Assembly: GCA_963835065.1 (NCBI GenBank)
Contig: CAWIEK010000005.1
Span: 1 to 56,718, forward strand
DNA length: 56,718 nt
Reading direction: 5' to 3'
DNA from: an uncultured Chthonomonadaceae bacterium
GTDB lineage: Bacteria > Armatimonadota > Chthonomonadetes > Chthonomonadales > Chthonomonadaceae
Position numbers and translations under genes: made by a program. Shown here one piece after another: positions 32,455-41,325 of this stretch; position 1 is the first letter of the stretch, and each line of letters starts with the position of its first letter. A model generated the notes under the pieces. The model was not told the DNA's origin. It was given only the letters and a program-made list of their open reading frames with translations, and did not search any database.

Positions 32455-33081
32455 CTATATTCCATCTTCTTCCTCTTCCTCTTCCTCCGCGAAAATGGTG
32501 TCCACGCTCAGATTCAGTCCCGACAACACATGCGACACAATCACGTCGCCACTCCCATAAAGCCCGGAACGCGCGTATTGCCCATTTTCCAGCCGCAGCA
32601 CTTCTACGGTTTGCGCCGGTGTACGAACCGCCCATATTTCCGGTACGCTGATAAGGGCGTAATCATCCAGTTTGCTTTGATACTTGCGCCCGACCTCATC
32701 AGGAGATAACACCTCTACCACCAGCTCAGGCGTTACCTCAATAACCTGTTGATTGAGCAGTTGCCTGCGCCCCGCGATGCCGGTACGCGCCCGGCTGAGA
32801 AACAATATATCCGGCTGCCGCGTTTTCACGCGCGGCTGTCGCGCAATGACTACATCCACAGGCGCATTGAGAACGACGCCTAATCTGTTGCGGCGCACAT
32901 ACTCTTCTACCGGCTTGTAAATCCCGCCCGAAATCCATTGATGGTCGAGTATGGGGGCAGGACACATAAACACCACTCCGTCAATAATTTCGTAAGGCCG
33001 ATTGGTTTCCGGCGTACACAGGTATTCCTCATAGGAAATCGGCCTGCCCGAACGCGCGGCGGCTTCAATGGTCAATCGCAT
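32455..33081 (-). CDS. Uma2 (DUF820) family endonuclease
   Basis: EIIDG, HQ, QPDI, PELVVEVLSP, K..DY, EIW. Confidence 0.88.
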   Translation of the reverse strand: MRLTIEAAARSGRPISYEEYLCTPETNRPYEIIDGVVFMCPAPILDHQWISGGIYKPVEEYVRRNRLGVVLNAPVDVVIARQPRVKTRQPDILFLSRARTGIAGRRQLLNQQVIEVTPELVVEVLSPDEVGRKYQSKLDDYALISVPEIWAVRTPAQTVEVLRLENGQYARSGLYGSGDVIVSHVLSGLNLSVDTIFAEEEEEEEDGI

Positions 33082-33128
33082 GGCTTTACTCCTTCGATTT
33101 TGCACGGACATTGCGGCAATCAAAGGCG

Positions 33129-33743
33129 CTACTCTTTTGCGCCTGCCGCTTCCAGCAAGTCAATTAAAGCACCCGAGCCGTGCCTGCGAGCGACAGACAG
33201 GGGCGTTGTTATGCCATCGGGACACGGACGATTGACATGCGCGCCATGTGCCAGCAACGCACGAACCACAGCCAGATTGTTTCGAGGACTCGCGCCTGGG
33301 TAAACGGGAGATTCAATGTATCCCACCTCGACAGCCTCTACGAGCGCAGTATCTTGCCCATGTTCAATATCCAAACTGTTCGGGTTCACGCCTGAGTCGA
33401 GCAACATACTGACTGCATGTGCATCATTGCGCCGGATGGCCTCAAACAACGCTGTTTTGGCAGGCGATTGCGAACGGATTTGCAAGTTGAGCAGTTGGTT
33501 TTGCGTTGCCGCCAAGCGGGTTCGTGTTGTCGCCAGGTCCGTCCGGGTTTGCTGAAGTTGCTGCTGCGTGAGCGTCAGTTCGCGCGCCAGATAGCCGTTG
33601 GTGCGCTGAAAGCCGTTGGCGCGTTGTTTCCACTGTCCCAACAGGCCGACGCTGTGCATCGTCAGAAACCCGCAAAGCACCGTCCAGACACCCAGCATCG
33701 CCCAAATCGGCGTTGACATTTTCGGTAATCGCTGCATTGTCAA
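33129..33743 (-). CDS. Membrane-anchored coiled-coil ankyrin-repeat protein
   Basis: N-terminal TM, Gln-rich coil, LLDSGVNPN and LLAHGAHVN ankyrin units. Confidence 0.75.
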   Translation of the reverse strand: MTMQRLPKMSTPIWAMLGVWTVLCGFLTMHSVGLLGQWKQRANGFQRTNGYLARELTLTQQQLQQTRTDLATTRTRLAATQNQLLNLQIRSQSPAKTALFEAIRRNDAHAVSMLLDSGVNPNSLDIEHGQDTALVEAVEVGYIESPVYPGASPRNNLAVVRALLAHGAHVNRPCPDGITTPLSVARRHGSGALIDLLEAAGAKE

Positions 33744-33773
33744 ACTTTTCCTTTCTGAATTCCATCAACACAG

Positions 33774-33825
33774 GCTCCGGGAATAAATTCCTCGGCTGTG
33801 GTAACGAAGCCCACCTGCGCGGACT
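33774..33825. repeat. Two-hairpin REP-like repeat
   Basis: CCGGGAATAAATTCCTCGG plus AGCCCACCTGCGCGGACT. Confidence 0.6.
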
Positions 33826-33850
33826 GGAACAGATATTTTCGTGAACGTTC

Positions 33851-34537
33851 TTAAGAGGGCTTGCGACACGCTTCCAGCGCCCATTGCGCCTGACGCCGAA
33901 CGACAGGATTAGCGTTCGTGAGGCGCGTTTCCAACTCCTTGCGAAGCGCGGGCGAGTTTACCTTTCGCGCCAGACGGCAGTACGCGCGAAATTCTCGTCT
34001 GCTATCGGCTTTGTCAATCACCATAAGCGCCACCTGCCGCAAGCGTTGCGCGTATTCATCGGGAAGGGACAAGCGATTTATCAGGCGAATTACATCCGCT
34101 TTAACATAGCCGGAACCAAACACCCAAGGATCATTTTCTAAAAAGCGCACCGGCATTTCCAGCGCCCCTACATCTCCGCGCTGCAACTGTAAAAACGCCC
34201 GCCGAAATGCTTTCGGATAGGCTGCGTCAAACTGCCCCTTATCCGCGAGAGATTTCGCAAAGCGTTGCGGTTCTGCCGCTTTGCACGCCTTGTCGTATGC
34301 TTCCATAGCGCTGTCGTAGGTCGCGAATGCGGCATCATCATAGGGATTCGCCACGCAATCGGCCCAACAATCATTACAGCGTCTTCCCGCCGCTATCATC
34401 GCGGCCTGCGCTTGTTCACGCTGCAAAGCGGCTTCCGCAGTATCGTGAGTTGTAGATATAGGACGCGAAGAAGCGCCCGAAGTTTGCTGTTTCGGCTGTT
34501 TACGGGACTGTGGAGTTTTTCGTGAAAACGTTTTCAT
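33851..34537 (-). CDS. Hypothetical helical protein with C-terminal HEAT-like motif
   Basis: Open ORF ending NPVVRRQAQWAL. Confidence 0.6.
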   Translation of the reverse strand: MKTFSRKTPQSRKQPKQQTSGASSRPISTTHDTAEAALQREQAQAAMIAAGRRCNDCWADCVANPYDDAAFATYDSAMEAYDKACKAAEPQRFAKSLADKGQFDAAYPKAFRRAFLQLQRGDVGALEMPVRFLENDPWVFGSGYVKADVIRLINRLSLPDEYAQRLRQVALMVIDKADSRREFRAYCRLARKVNSPALRKELETRLTNANPVVRRQAQWALEACRKPS

Positions 34538-34586
34538 CCTTTTTGCTAAGGGCAGTGCGTAAGGAATTACGAAATGGATAAGGATG

Positions 34587-36336
34587 TTAAAAACCGGCGG
34601 CGTGTCCATCTGTGCGCGGGTCGGAACCGCCCAAATACGCGCCGGTTTGCGGGTCAACGGCAATCAGTTGGTACGAACTGCTGTGTCCCCACGCGGGCAG
34701 CCAGTCTACGGCATGGCCGCGCGCTTCCAACTCCTCGCGTACCCCGGTTTCCATCCGCGCCTCCATCGCCAGCACTTCGCGCCCCGCCTCATCTTCAGCA
34801 TCCCCATCCCCATTTGTCACCACTTCGCCATGCTGCCAACGCGCCGCTTCAATCGCTTCCTGCGGGTTCATCTTATAATCAATGACGTTACAAATCACCT
34901 GCAAGTTGCTCTGAACCTGCACATCCGCGCCGGGAGTGCCGCCGAGGAAGGCTAAGGATGAAGGATGAAGGATGAAGGATAAATCAGGAGTTGATAGGTG
35001 ATAGGTGATAGGTGATAGGGCATCCGCTTCTGTTCCCTGTTCCCTGTTTCCTGTTCCCTGCTCTTCCGTCTTTCCTTCATCCTTCATCCTTCCGCCTTCA
35101 TCCTTTGTCACAATGTACGCATTCAGCGTATGCGCGGTGCGCTTGCCGGGAGCGAGGACGTTGGGATCATTCGGGTTGAGGGAAAAGCCGGTCATGCGGT
35201 TGTTGAACAGGATGCCGGTTTGGGGAACGATTACGCCGCTGCCCCACACGTAAAAGACGCTTTGTATGAAGCTGATGGCGTTGCCCTGCGCGTCGGCGAT
35301 GCAGAAGTACGTGGTGTCGTGGTGAATGTCGCCGGGGCGGGCGCGATTGGCGGCGTGGCGCAGGTCTATTTCTTTGCGGCGCTGGTCGGCGTAAGGTTTG
35401 GACAGCAGGGTTTCCATTGGCACGGACACGAAATTCGGGTCGCCTAAATACGCGGCGCGATCCGCAAAGGCCAGTTTTTTGGCTTCCACCTGTACGTGAA
35501 TGGCGTCCGCGCTGTTGTGGCCCATGCCGGCCAGATCGAAGCCTTCCACAAGGTTGAGTTCCTGAAGCAGAATATGCCCCTGCGACACGGGCGGCTGCCC
35601 ATGTATGGTGTAGCCGCGATAATCAGTACGGATTGGCTCCGAAATTTGGGTTTGATGATTGGCAAAATCCGCGGGCGCGAACAAGCCGCCGTTCGCGTCA
35701 CTGTATTCCAGACACGCGCCGGGTAATTTCGCCGTTGTAAAAAGCGTCGCGTCCGTTTTGGGCAATCTGGTTCAGCGTCCACGCGAGTTCGGGCTGGCGA
35801 ATGGTTTGGCCGGGCAGGGGCGGGGTATCATCCGGCAGCCAGATACGCGCGCTGTCGGGAAACGGGCGCAGGGTGGGCGCGGACAGGTGGCAGGTTCGCG
35901 CCATGCGGTAACTGAGCGGAAACCCCTCTTCGGCATAGCCAATGGCAGGCGCAAGCAAGTCGGCTACCGGCAGTTTGCCCCACTTCTCATGCAGCGCGAA
36001 CCACGTATCCACCAAACCGGGAACGCTCGCCGCTGCCAATCCACGCAGGGGGATGCCGTCCCCGAAATGTTCCAGCGTGGCGCGTTGGGGCGCGGCTCCG
36101 CTGCCGTTGAGCGCGGTTGTCTGCCCGGTTGTGGCGTCGTAAACGATCACGAACGCATCCCCGCCGATGTGACTGGCCGAGGGTTCCACAACCGCCAATG
36201 TTGCCGAGGTTGCCAGCGCCGCATCCACAAACGTGCCGCCGCGCATCAAGACGTTCAAGCCCGCCGAAACCGCAAGCGGCTGCGACGCCGCCGCCATGCC
36301 CTGCTTTGCCACCACCACGCCCCGATGCTGTGTCAT
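34587..36336 (-). CDS. Gamma-glutamyltransferase family protein (no signal peptide); apparent frameshift near 35711
   Basis: GGTFVDAA, IGGDAF, DTTYF nucleophile, GTPG, GSDPR. Confidence 0.85.
34954..35105. repeat. In-frame composite heptamer element in the second GGT gene
   Basis: (GGATGAA)n-(GGGAACA)n-(CTATCAC)n-(TTCATCC)n on the sense strand. Confidence 0.92.
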
Positions 36337-36408
36337 GCCTGCCTCCAATGCCTATGCGAAATGAACCGCGAAAGAAACGAAAGAAACGAAAAAGAACATA
36401 AAATAAAG

Positions 36409-36648
36409 TTACTCGTCTTCCGCCGTAACCTCGGAGTTGTCACCGCCAAGCAGGTTACGCGCCTGCTGCAATCGTTGTGTGGTCGCGTCGCCGCCCGCTT
36501 TCAATTTCTCGATTTCTGTGAGCGACAGGTACACTTTGGTCGCGCCTTCGATATCCGCGCCCTTCAAGTCCAGCACAATCCAGCCGTCCGGGTCGGTTTT
36601 GCCCTGAAAGGTGCTGGTGAATTTCAGTCGGTTTTTCGGGAAAAGCAT
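36409..36648 (-). CDS. Small hypothetical protein
   Basis: 79-aa ORF from MLFPK with GGAG SD. Confidence 0.55.
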   Translation of the reverse strand: MLFPKNRLKFTSTFQGKTDPDGWIVLDLKGADIEGATKVYLSLTEIEKLKAGGDATTQRLQQARNLLGGDNSEVTAEDE

Positions 36649-36657
36649 AGTGGCTCC

Positions 36658-36715
36658 GAGTGATGAGTGATGAATGATGAGTGATGAGTAAGAAATCCGT
36701 TCATCACTCATCATT
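36658..36715. repeat. Heptamer (GAGTGAT/ATCACTC) palindromic element
   Basis: Inverted tandem units at a gene junction. Confidence 0.85.
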
Positions 36716-37273
36716 TGTAATGATCCGCGCCAGCGAAAACACCGTGCCCAGACACCAGCGGACGGCGTCTATGAGACGGTGGCGCGTGATGGTTTTTTGT
36801 TCGATGAAGTCGCCGTAGAACGGGTTTTGGTCTGCGTAACCGCCGAACTCAATCAGCGCGTCGGCAAAGACGGGCGGAACGCCCACGCCCAACGCAGTTA
36901 AAACGCGGGCAAAGAAGTCCAGCGCGTTGGCGATGATTTTGCGCTCGTCTACCGATTGCGATTGCAGCAGGAACAAAGTCTGCGAGATGTCAATCAGATA
37001 GACATTTCTAAGCGACAGTTCCCGAAATTCTGCCGCAATGTTCGCCGCGTTCAAAGCCGTTTGCGCAAGGCGGATGTCGGTGAACAAAATCACCTGTCCA
37101 TCGGCAATCAGGGGCAACATTTGCCCGTCCTGTTCAATCAGAAAGGTGAAAAAGTCGGGGCGGTCGCGCCTGCCGTCCAGTCGTAAGCCGGTCAGGAAGA
37201 ACGTGGCTCCGCCTGCCGTTGTTCCGCTGCCGGTTTCGGCAAAGGAAGGATTTTCGTGTTCGTCGTTGTGCAT
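36704..37273 (-). CDS. Hypothetical protein
   Basis: 189-aa ORF; stop codon supplied by the repeat. Confidence 0.6.
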   Translation of the reverse strand: MHNDEHENPSFAETGSGTTAGGATFFLTGLRLDGRRDRPDFFTFLIEQDGQMLPLIADGQVILFTDIRLAQTALNAANIAAEFRELSLRNVYLIDISQTLFLLQSQSVDERKIIANALDFFARVLTALGVGVPPVFADALIEFGGYADQNPFYGDFIEQKTITRHRLIDAVRWCLGTVFSLARIITNDE

Positions 37274-37371
37274 GGGATTATTCCTGAGCGTTTTACGGTT
37301 CTATTCGTGTTATATTCCTGACGGTTCGGGCGTAAACAAGGGTAAATGGCCGTCAGGCGGGAGCGATTGCG

Positions 37372-37401
37372 TTGACAAAGGCTTGCGCGGTGCGTTATAC
37401 T
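37372..37401 (+). promoter_or_regulatory. Sigma70-type promoter
   Basis: TTGACA-18 nt-TATACT upstream of the aminotransferase. Confidence 0.6.
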
Positions 37402-37489
37402 AATTTCGCAGTTCACCGAAAGTTCGGCTTTGCCGCGCGTTCCCTCGTAATTCTACCTTTGGAAGCGCTTGAGAGAAACATAGAAATTT

Positions 37490-38857
37490 ATGACGCCGCC
37501 GCGCCGCCCGCTTAATCATACCATTACACAGTGCCCGCCTTCAGGCATCCGCCGCTTTTTCGACATCGCGCAGCAGATGGAAAACGTCATCTCGCTTGGC
37601 GTCGGTGAGCCGGACTTTGTCACGCCCCTGCGCATCCGCGAAGCCGGTATTCACGCTTTGGAGCGGGGCGTTACCACGTATACGTCCAACAGTGGCCTGC
37701 CCCTCCTTCGTCAGCGCATTTGCGAGATGCTCGCCCTGCGCTACGACGCCCATTACGACCCCCAAACGGAATGTTTGATTACGGTTGGCGTGTCGGAAGG
37801 CCTGGATTTGGCGCTGCGGGTGCTGATTAATCCCGGCGACGAGATTCTGGTTCCCGAACCGTGCTATGTATCCTACGTGCCCTGCATCCAGTTTGCGGGC
37901 GGCGTTCCCGTTCTGGTTCCCACCGACGCTGCGGATGGCTTCCGGCTCCATGCCGAGCGCGTTGCCGAACGCATTACGCCCCGCACCAAAGCCCTGCTGC
38001 TCGGTTCCCCTGCCAACCCGACCGGCGCAACCCAATCCCGCGAAGACTTGCAGCAATTAGTTTCCCTTGCCGAACAGCACGATTTTTATCTGCTTTCTGA
38101 CGAAATTTATGACCGCCTGACGTATGTGGGACAGCATACCTGTTTGGGTTCCCTGCCCGGCGCGCGGGAACGTACCGTCGTCTTTAACGGCTTTTCCAAA
38201 GCGTATGCCATGACGGGCTGGCGTATCGGCTATGTGTGCGCTCCCGAACCCCTGACGACGTTGATGACGCGGGTACACCAGTATACGATGCTGTGCGCCC
38301 CGCATGTCGCGCAAATCGCCGCGATTGAAGCGCTGGAACATGCCGAGCCGGATGTGACGCAAATGGTAGCCGATTACGACAAGCGCCGCCGCGTGTTCGT
38401 GGACGGACTGAACGCCCTGGGACTGGACTGCCCCGTTCCGCAGGGCGCGTTTTATGCGTTTCCCTCCGTGCGGCGTTTCGGCCTGAGCAGCGAAGAGTTT
38501 GCCGAGCGTTTATTGATGGAAGAGCGCGTTGCCGTCGTGCCGGGAACCGCCTTCGGACCGAGCGGAACGGGCCACGTGCGCTGCTCTTACGCCACCGCCC
38601 TGAGCCAACTGGAAGAAGCCTTAGCGCGAATCGGGCGTTTCCTGAACCGATTGCAGGCGGGAAACGAACAAGCGTCTCCTGTCGCCGCGTCCTTAGCGTC
38701 AGAAAAGACGGCTGTATCCGCCGCAAATGGCAAACACGCCGGGGGCGATACCATCAGCGAAGCAGACGCCGCGCCCGCGTCCCGGACTTCCCCTTCCAAT
38801 CTGCAGTCCGGGGAAACCGCGCCGGAAGAAGCGCCCCGAAAGGCTGTGGCACCATGA
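37490..38857 (+). CDS. Class I/II PLP-dependent aminotransferase
   Basis: GEPDF, NPTG, SDEIY, SKAYAMTGWRIG. Confidence 0.93.
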   Translation: MTPPRRPLNHTITQCPPSGIRRFFDIAQQMENVISLGVGEPDFVTPLRIREAGIHALERGVTTYTSNSGLPLLRQRICEMLALRYDAHYDPQTECLITVGVSEGLDLALRVLINPGDEILVPEPCYVSYVPCIQFAGGVPVLVPTDAADGFRLHAERVAERITPRTKALLLGSPANPTGATQSREDLQQLVSLAEQHDFYLLSDEIYDRLTYVGQHTCLGSLPGARERTVVFNGFSKAYAMTGWRIGYVCAPEPLTTLMTRVHQYTMLCAPHVAQIAAIEALEHAEPDVTQMVADYDKRRRVFVDGLNALGLDCPVPQGAFYAFPSVRRFGLSSEEFAERLLMEERVAVVPGTAFGPSGTGHVRCSYATALSQLEEALARIGRFLNRLQAGNEQASPVAASLASEKTAVSAANGKHAGGDTISEADAAPASRTSPSNLQSGETAPEEAPRKAVAP

Positions 38858-39492
38858 GGCGACCGTCTGCGTATGCAATACTACCATCGCTTGTCGTCAT
38901 GCTGTTGGGAATGGCGCAAGCGGTTCGCGCCGACCGCATCGTGCTTGGCCCGGACGGCGCGACGCTGGACCCGAAAGCGCTCAAAGCGGAGTTTGCGTTC
39001 ACGCCGTACCGCACGGAGCGCAATCTGAGCTGGCTGCAATACGCGCTGCCGCAGGGCATCGAAATTGAAACGCAGTTCAGCGACATCGCCAACAACAAGC
39101 GCACAGTCGGCGGGCTGGACGTGCAGTATCCGATCTTTTCCGAGTTCGGGCAGGTTCCGGCGATTTCCGTCGGAGTCCGCGATTTGTTCGGAACGGGAAA
39201 CGAACATCATTCGTTGTATGCCGCCGTCGCCAAATCGTTTCCTTTATCCGTTGACCAGTTGAAGTTCGCGCATGATTTTCACCTGACGCTGGGGTACGGC
39301 ACGGAGCGCCTGGATGGTTTTTTTGTCGGCGTTCATTCGCATTTGAAAGCCGGTTTGTTCGTAGACGCCGAAATCTACCGGCGGCGTCCCAATATCAGCA
39401 TCGCCCTGCCCCTCGTCCGCAACATGCGGGCGCGGGCTTACAGCCTTGACGGCAATATCTTTTATGGATTTTCGTATACCTTAGTGAGATAG
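38854..39492 (+). CDS. Exported protein, probable outer-membrane beta-barrel (YjbH-like)
   Basis: Signal peptide, PAISVGVRDL, alternating beta pattern, aromatic C-terminus. Confidence 0.55.
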   Translation: MRRPSAYAILPSLVVMLLGMAQAVRADRIVLGPDGATLDPKALKAEFAFTPYRTERNLSWLQYALPQGIEIETQFSDIANNKRTVGGLDVQYPIFSEFGQVPAISVGVRDLFGTGNEHHSLYAAVAKSFPLSVDQLKFAHDFHLTLGYGTERLDGFFVGVHSHLKAGLFVDAEIYRRRPNISIALPLVRNMRARAYSLDGNIFYGFSYTLVR

Positions 39493-39610
39493 TAGTCAGT
39501 AGTCAGTAGTCAGTAGTCAGTAGAACATCTATCTTGATTGCTTTGTTGCGCTTTGCAGGCAAGTAGGGAGTGGGTTTTCTACTGACTACTGACTACTGAC
39601 TACTGACTAC
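39490..39610. repeat. Heptamer (CAGTAGT/ACTACTG) palindromic element
   Basis: 4-5 units per arm. Confidence 0.9.
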
Positions 39611-39617
39611 TTCCAAG

Positions 39618-40820
39618 ATGGAAGCAACCATGACGATGCACTCTCAGAATGATCCCCGGCGCGTGGCGCTTATCAAGAGCCTGTCGACCAAAAACCGCTT
39701 TTACGCGCTTGTAGACCCAAGTCGCGGTATCCGTAATGCCGATACGGTCGAGAACATTCCCGCCGACTTGCTGCTGGGCATCGCCTATCCCTGCCTGGAG
39801 GATGGGCTGAACGACTTCGCCGTGATCCGCACCACGTTTGAAACCCTTGATCTGTTTCCCGAAGACGATCCGATTCGGGAAGAGATGATGGAAATTGTCA
39901 ACGACGCGCGCAGCAATCTGTTACGCCGCTTGAACGAACTGCGCGACAAGATACACGACAACCGCGCCCACTTTTTAGGAACCGATTACAACGAGTTCAA
40001 AAGCTACTCGATGGATATGGTTAAACGGGGCTACCCGCGCCGCAATCTCGACAGCATGATGAAACTCAACGTGTTCAGTTCCGTCGCCGAAGCCGAAGGC
40101 TATACGGACAGCAACGAACTGCTGTACCACTATCAGTTCATTGCCACAACGGATGTTGAGGCTGTAGCCGCATTGCCTGCCCGCGAGTTCATCGTCGAAT
40201 TGTTCAATGATGTGCTGACCAGCGTTCAGGATGACAACAACTACAAAAGCAAGTATTTGTTCGACCGCAACGTGTTTCAAAAGTTTATCGCCGTGATGTT
40301 CGTCAATTACGCCACCACCGACCCGATGTTTTATGGCATCAATCGCGCCGATTACGCCGTATCGGGCGAAAAGGACATGGACAACACTCCTCTGTACGTG
40401 GCGATACGCAAAGAATTGACCGAAATCGAGCAGCGCCAGAAGCTGGAAAGTCAGGGCTTGTTCCTGCCGCCAATTCTGCCCGGTGAAACGCCGTTGGGCC
40501 TGGAAGCGCCGGACTTCGGGACGGACACTGCCGAGTTCGACATGCCGGACTTTACGCAGGCTACGGAAGCCGGCCACCTGGAACAGCTTTCCGCCGAGCA
40601 TGTGGCGTCACGCTTGCCCGTCGTTCTCGTCAATGAAGAAGTGTTGCTGGGGCCGATTCATTCCCTGTGTTCTGCCGCCCTGGTGCTGCGACGGCAGGGC
40701 GACGCGGAAACCCAGCGCTTCGCGCGGGTGATTCTCGCTGATGCGTGTCGCCTCGTGGATGAACTCAAGCGGCTCAACATCATTTCGCCGCTTTCCAATA
40801 ATCCGGGGCAGTGTGATTGA
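39618..40820 (+). CDS. Hypothetical protein
   Basis: 400-aa ORF with typical codon usage; no motif recognised. Confidence 0.75.
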   Translation: MEATMTMHSQNDPRRVALIKSLSTKNRFYALVDPSRGIRNADTVENIPADLLLGIAYPCLEDGLNDFAVIRTTFETLDLFPEDDPIREEMMEIVNDARSNLLRRLNELRDKIHDNRAHFLGTDYNEFKSYSMDMVKRGYPRRNLDSMMKLNVFSSVAEAEGYTDSNELLYHYQFIATTDVEAVAALPAREFIVELFNDVLTSVQDDNNYKSKYLFDRNVFQKFIAVMFVNYATTDPMFYGINRADYAVSGEKDMDNTPLYVAIRKELTEIEQRQKLESQGLFLPPILPGETPLGLEAPDFGTDTAEFDMPDFTQATEAGHLEQLSAEHVASRLPVVLVNEEVLLGPIHSLCSAALVLRRQGDAETQRFARVILADACRLVDELKRLNIISPLSNNPGQCD

Positions 40821-40825
40821 GAGGA

Positions 40826-40942
40826 AGTAGTCAGTAGCCAGTAGTCAGTAGTCAGTAGAATTGCCTGCTTACTCTTCACTTATGCGACCTAATCAGTTTA
40901 CAAGGAACTTCTACTGACTACTGACTACTGGCTACTGACTAC
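40826..40942. repeat. Heptamer (CAGTAGT/ACTACTG) palindromic element
   Basis: Same unit as 39490..39610. Confidence 0.9.
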
Positions 40943-41325
40943 TTTTTTGCACTTTCCCCTTCCAACATATTGACTTAATCTTCTTTACAAGGCTACAATA
41001 GACAAGCCTCGCCCCGGCTGTTATCATTAGGCAGACATTTTGTGCTGAAGTGCATCTTCCGCGTGTACTCACCCATCCTAAACAAGTGAAGAATACGTCA
41101 CACTGATGAAAGAGGCTGTGGCACAGCCTGAAAACGTTTGCCGCAGGCGATTCGCCTGTGGAAAAACGACGCGCTTCCCGAACGCAATCCCCCTGAATGT
41201 TGTTGCGTTGTGTGGAAGCCAAAGCCGAACTTTATTCGGACGGTGAATAGTTGAAGACGAGAGCAGAAAATACCAAGCCCGGTTCTTTCGGCCAGGCCAC
41301 ACAATCTCTATCCCAAAACCACGCA

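Noticed and set aside
41095..41140. Hammerhead-like CTGATGA...stem...GAAA
   Set aside because: Three extra nt before stem II, an extra A after GAAA, and no stem I
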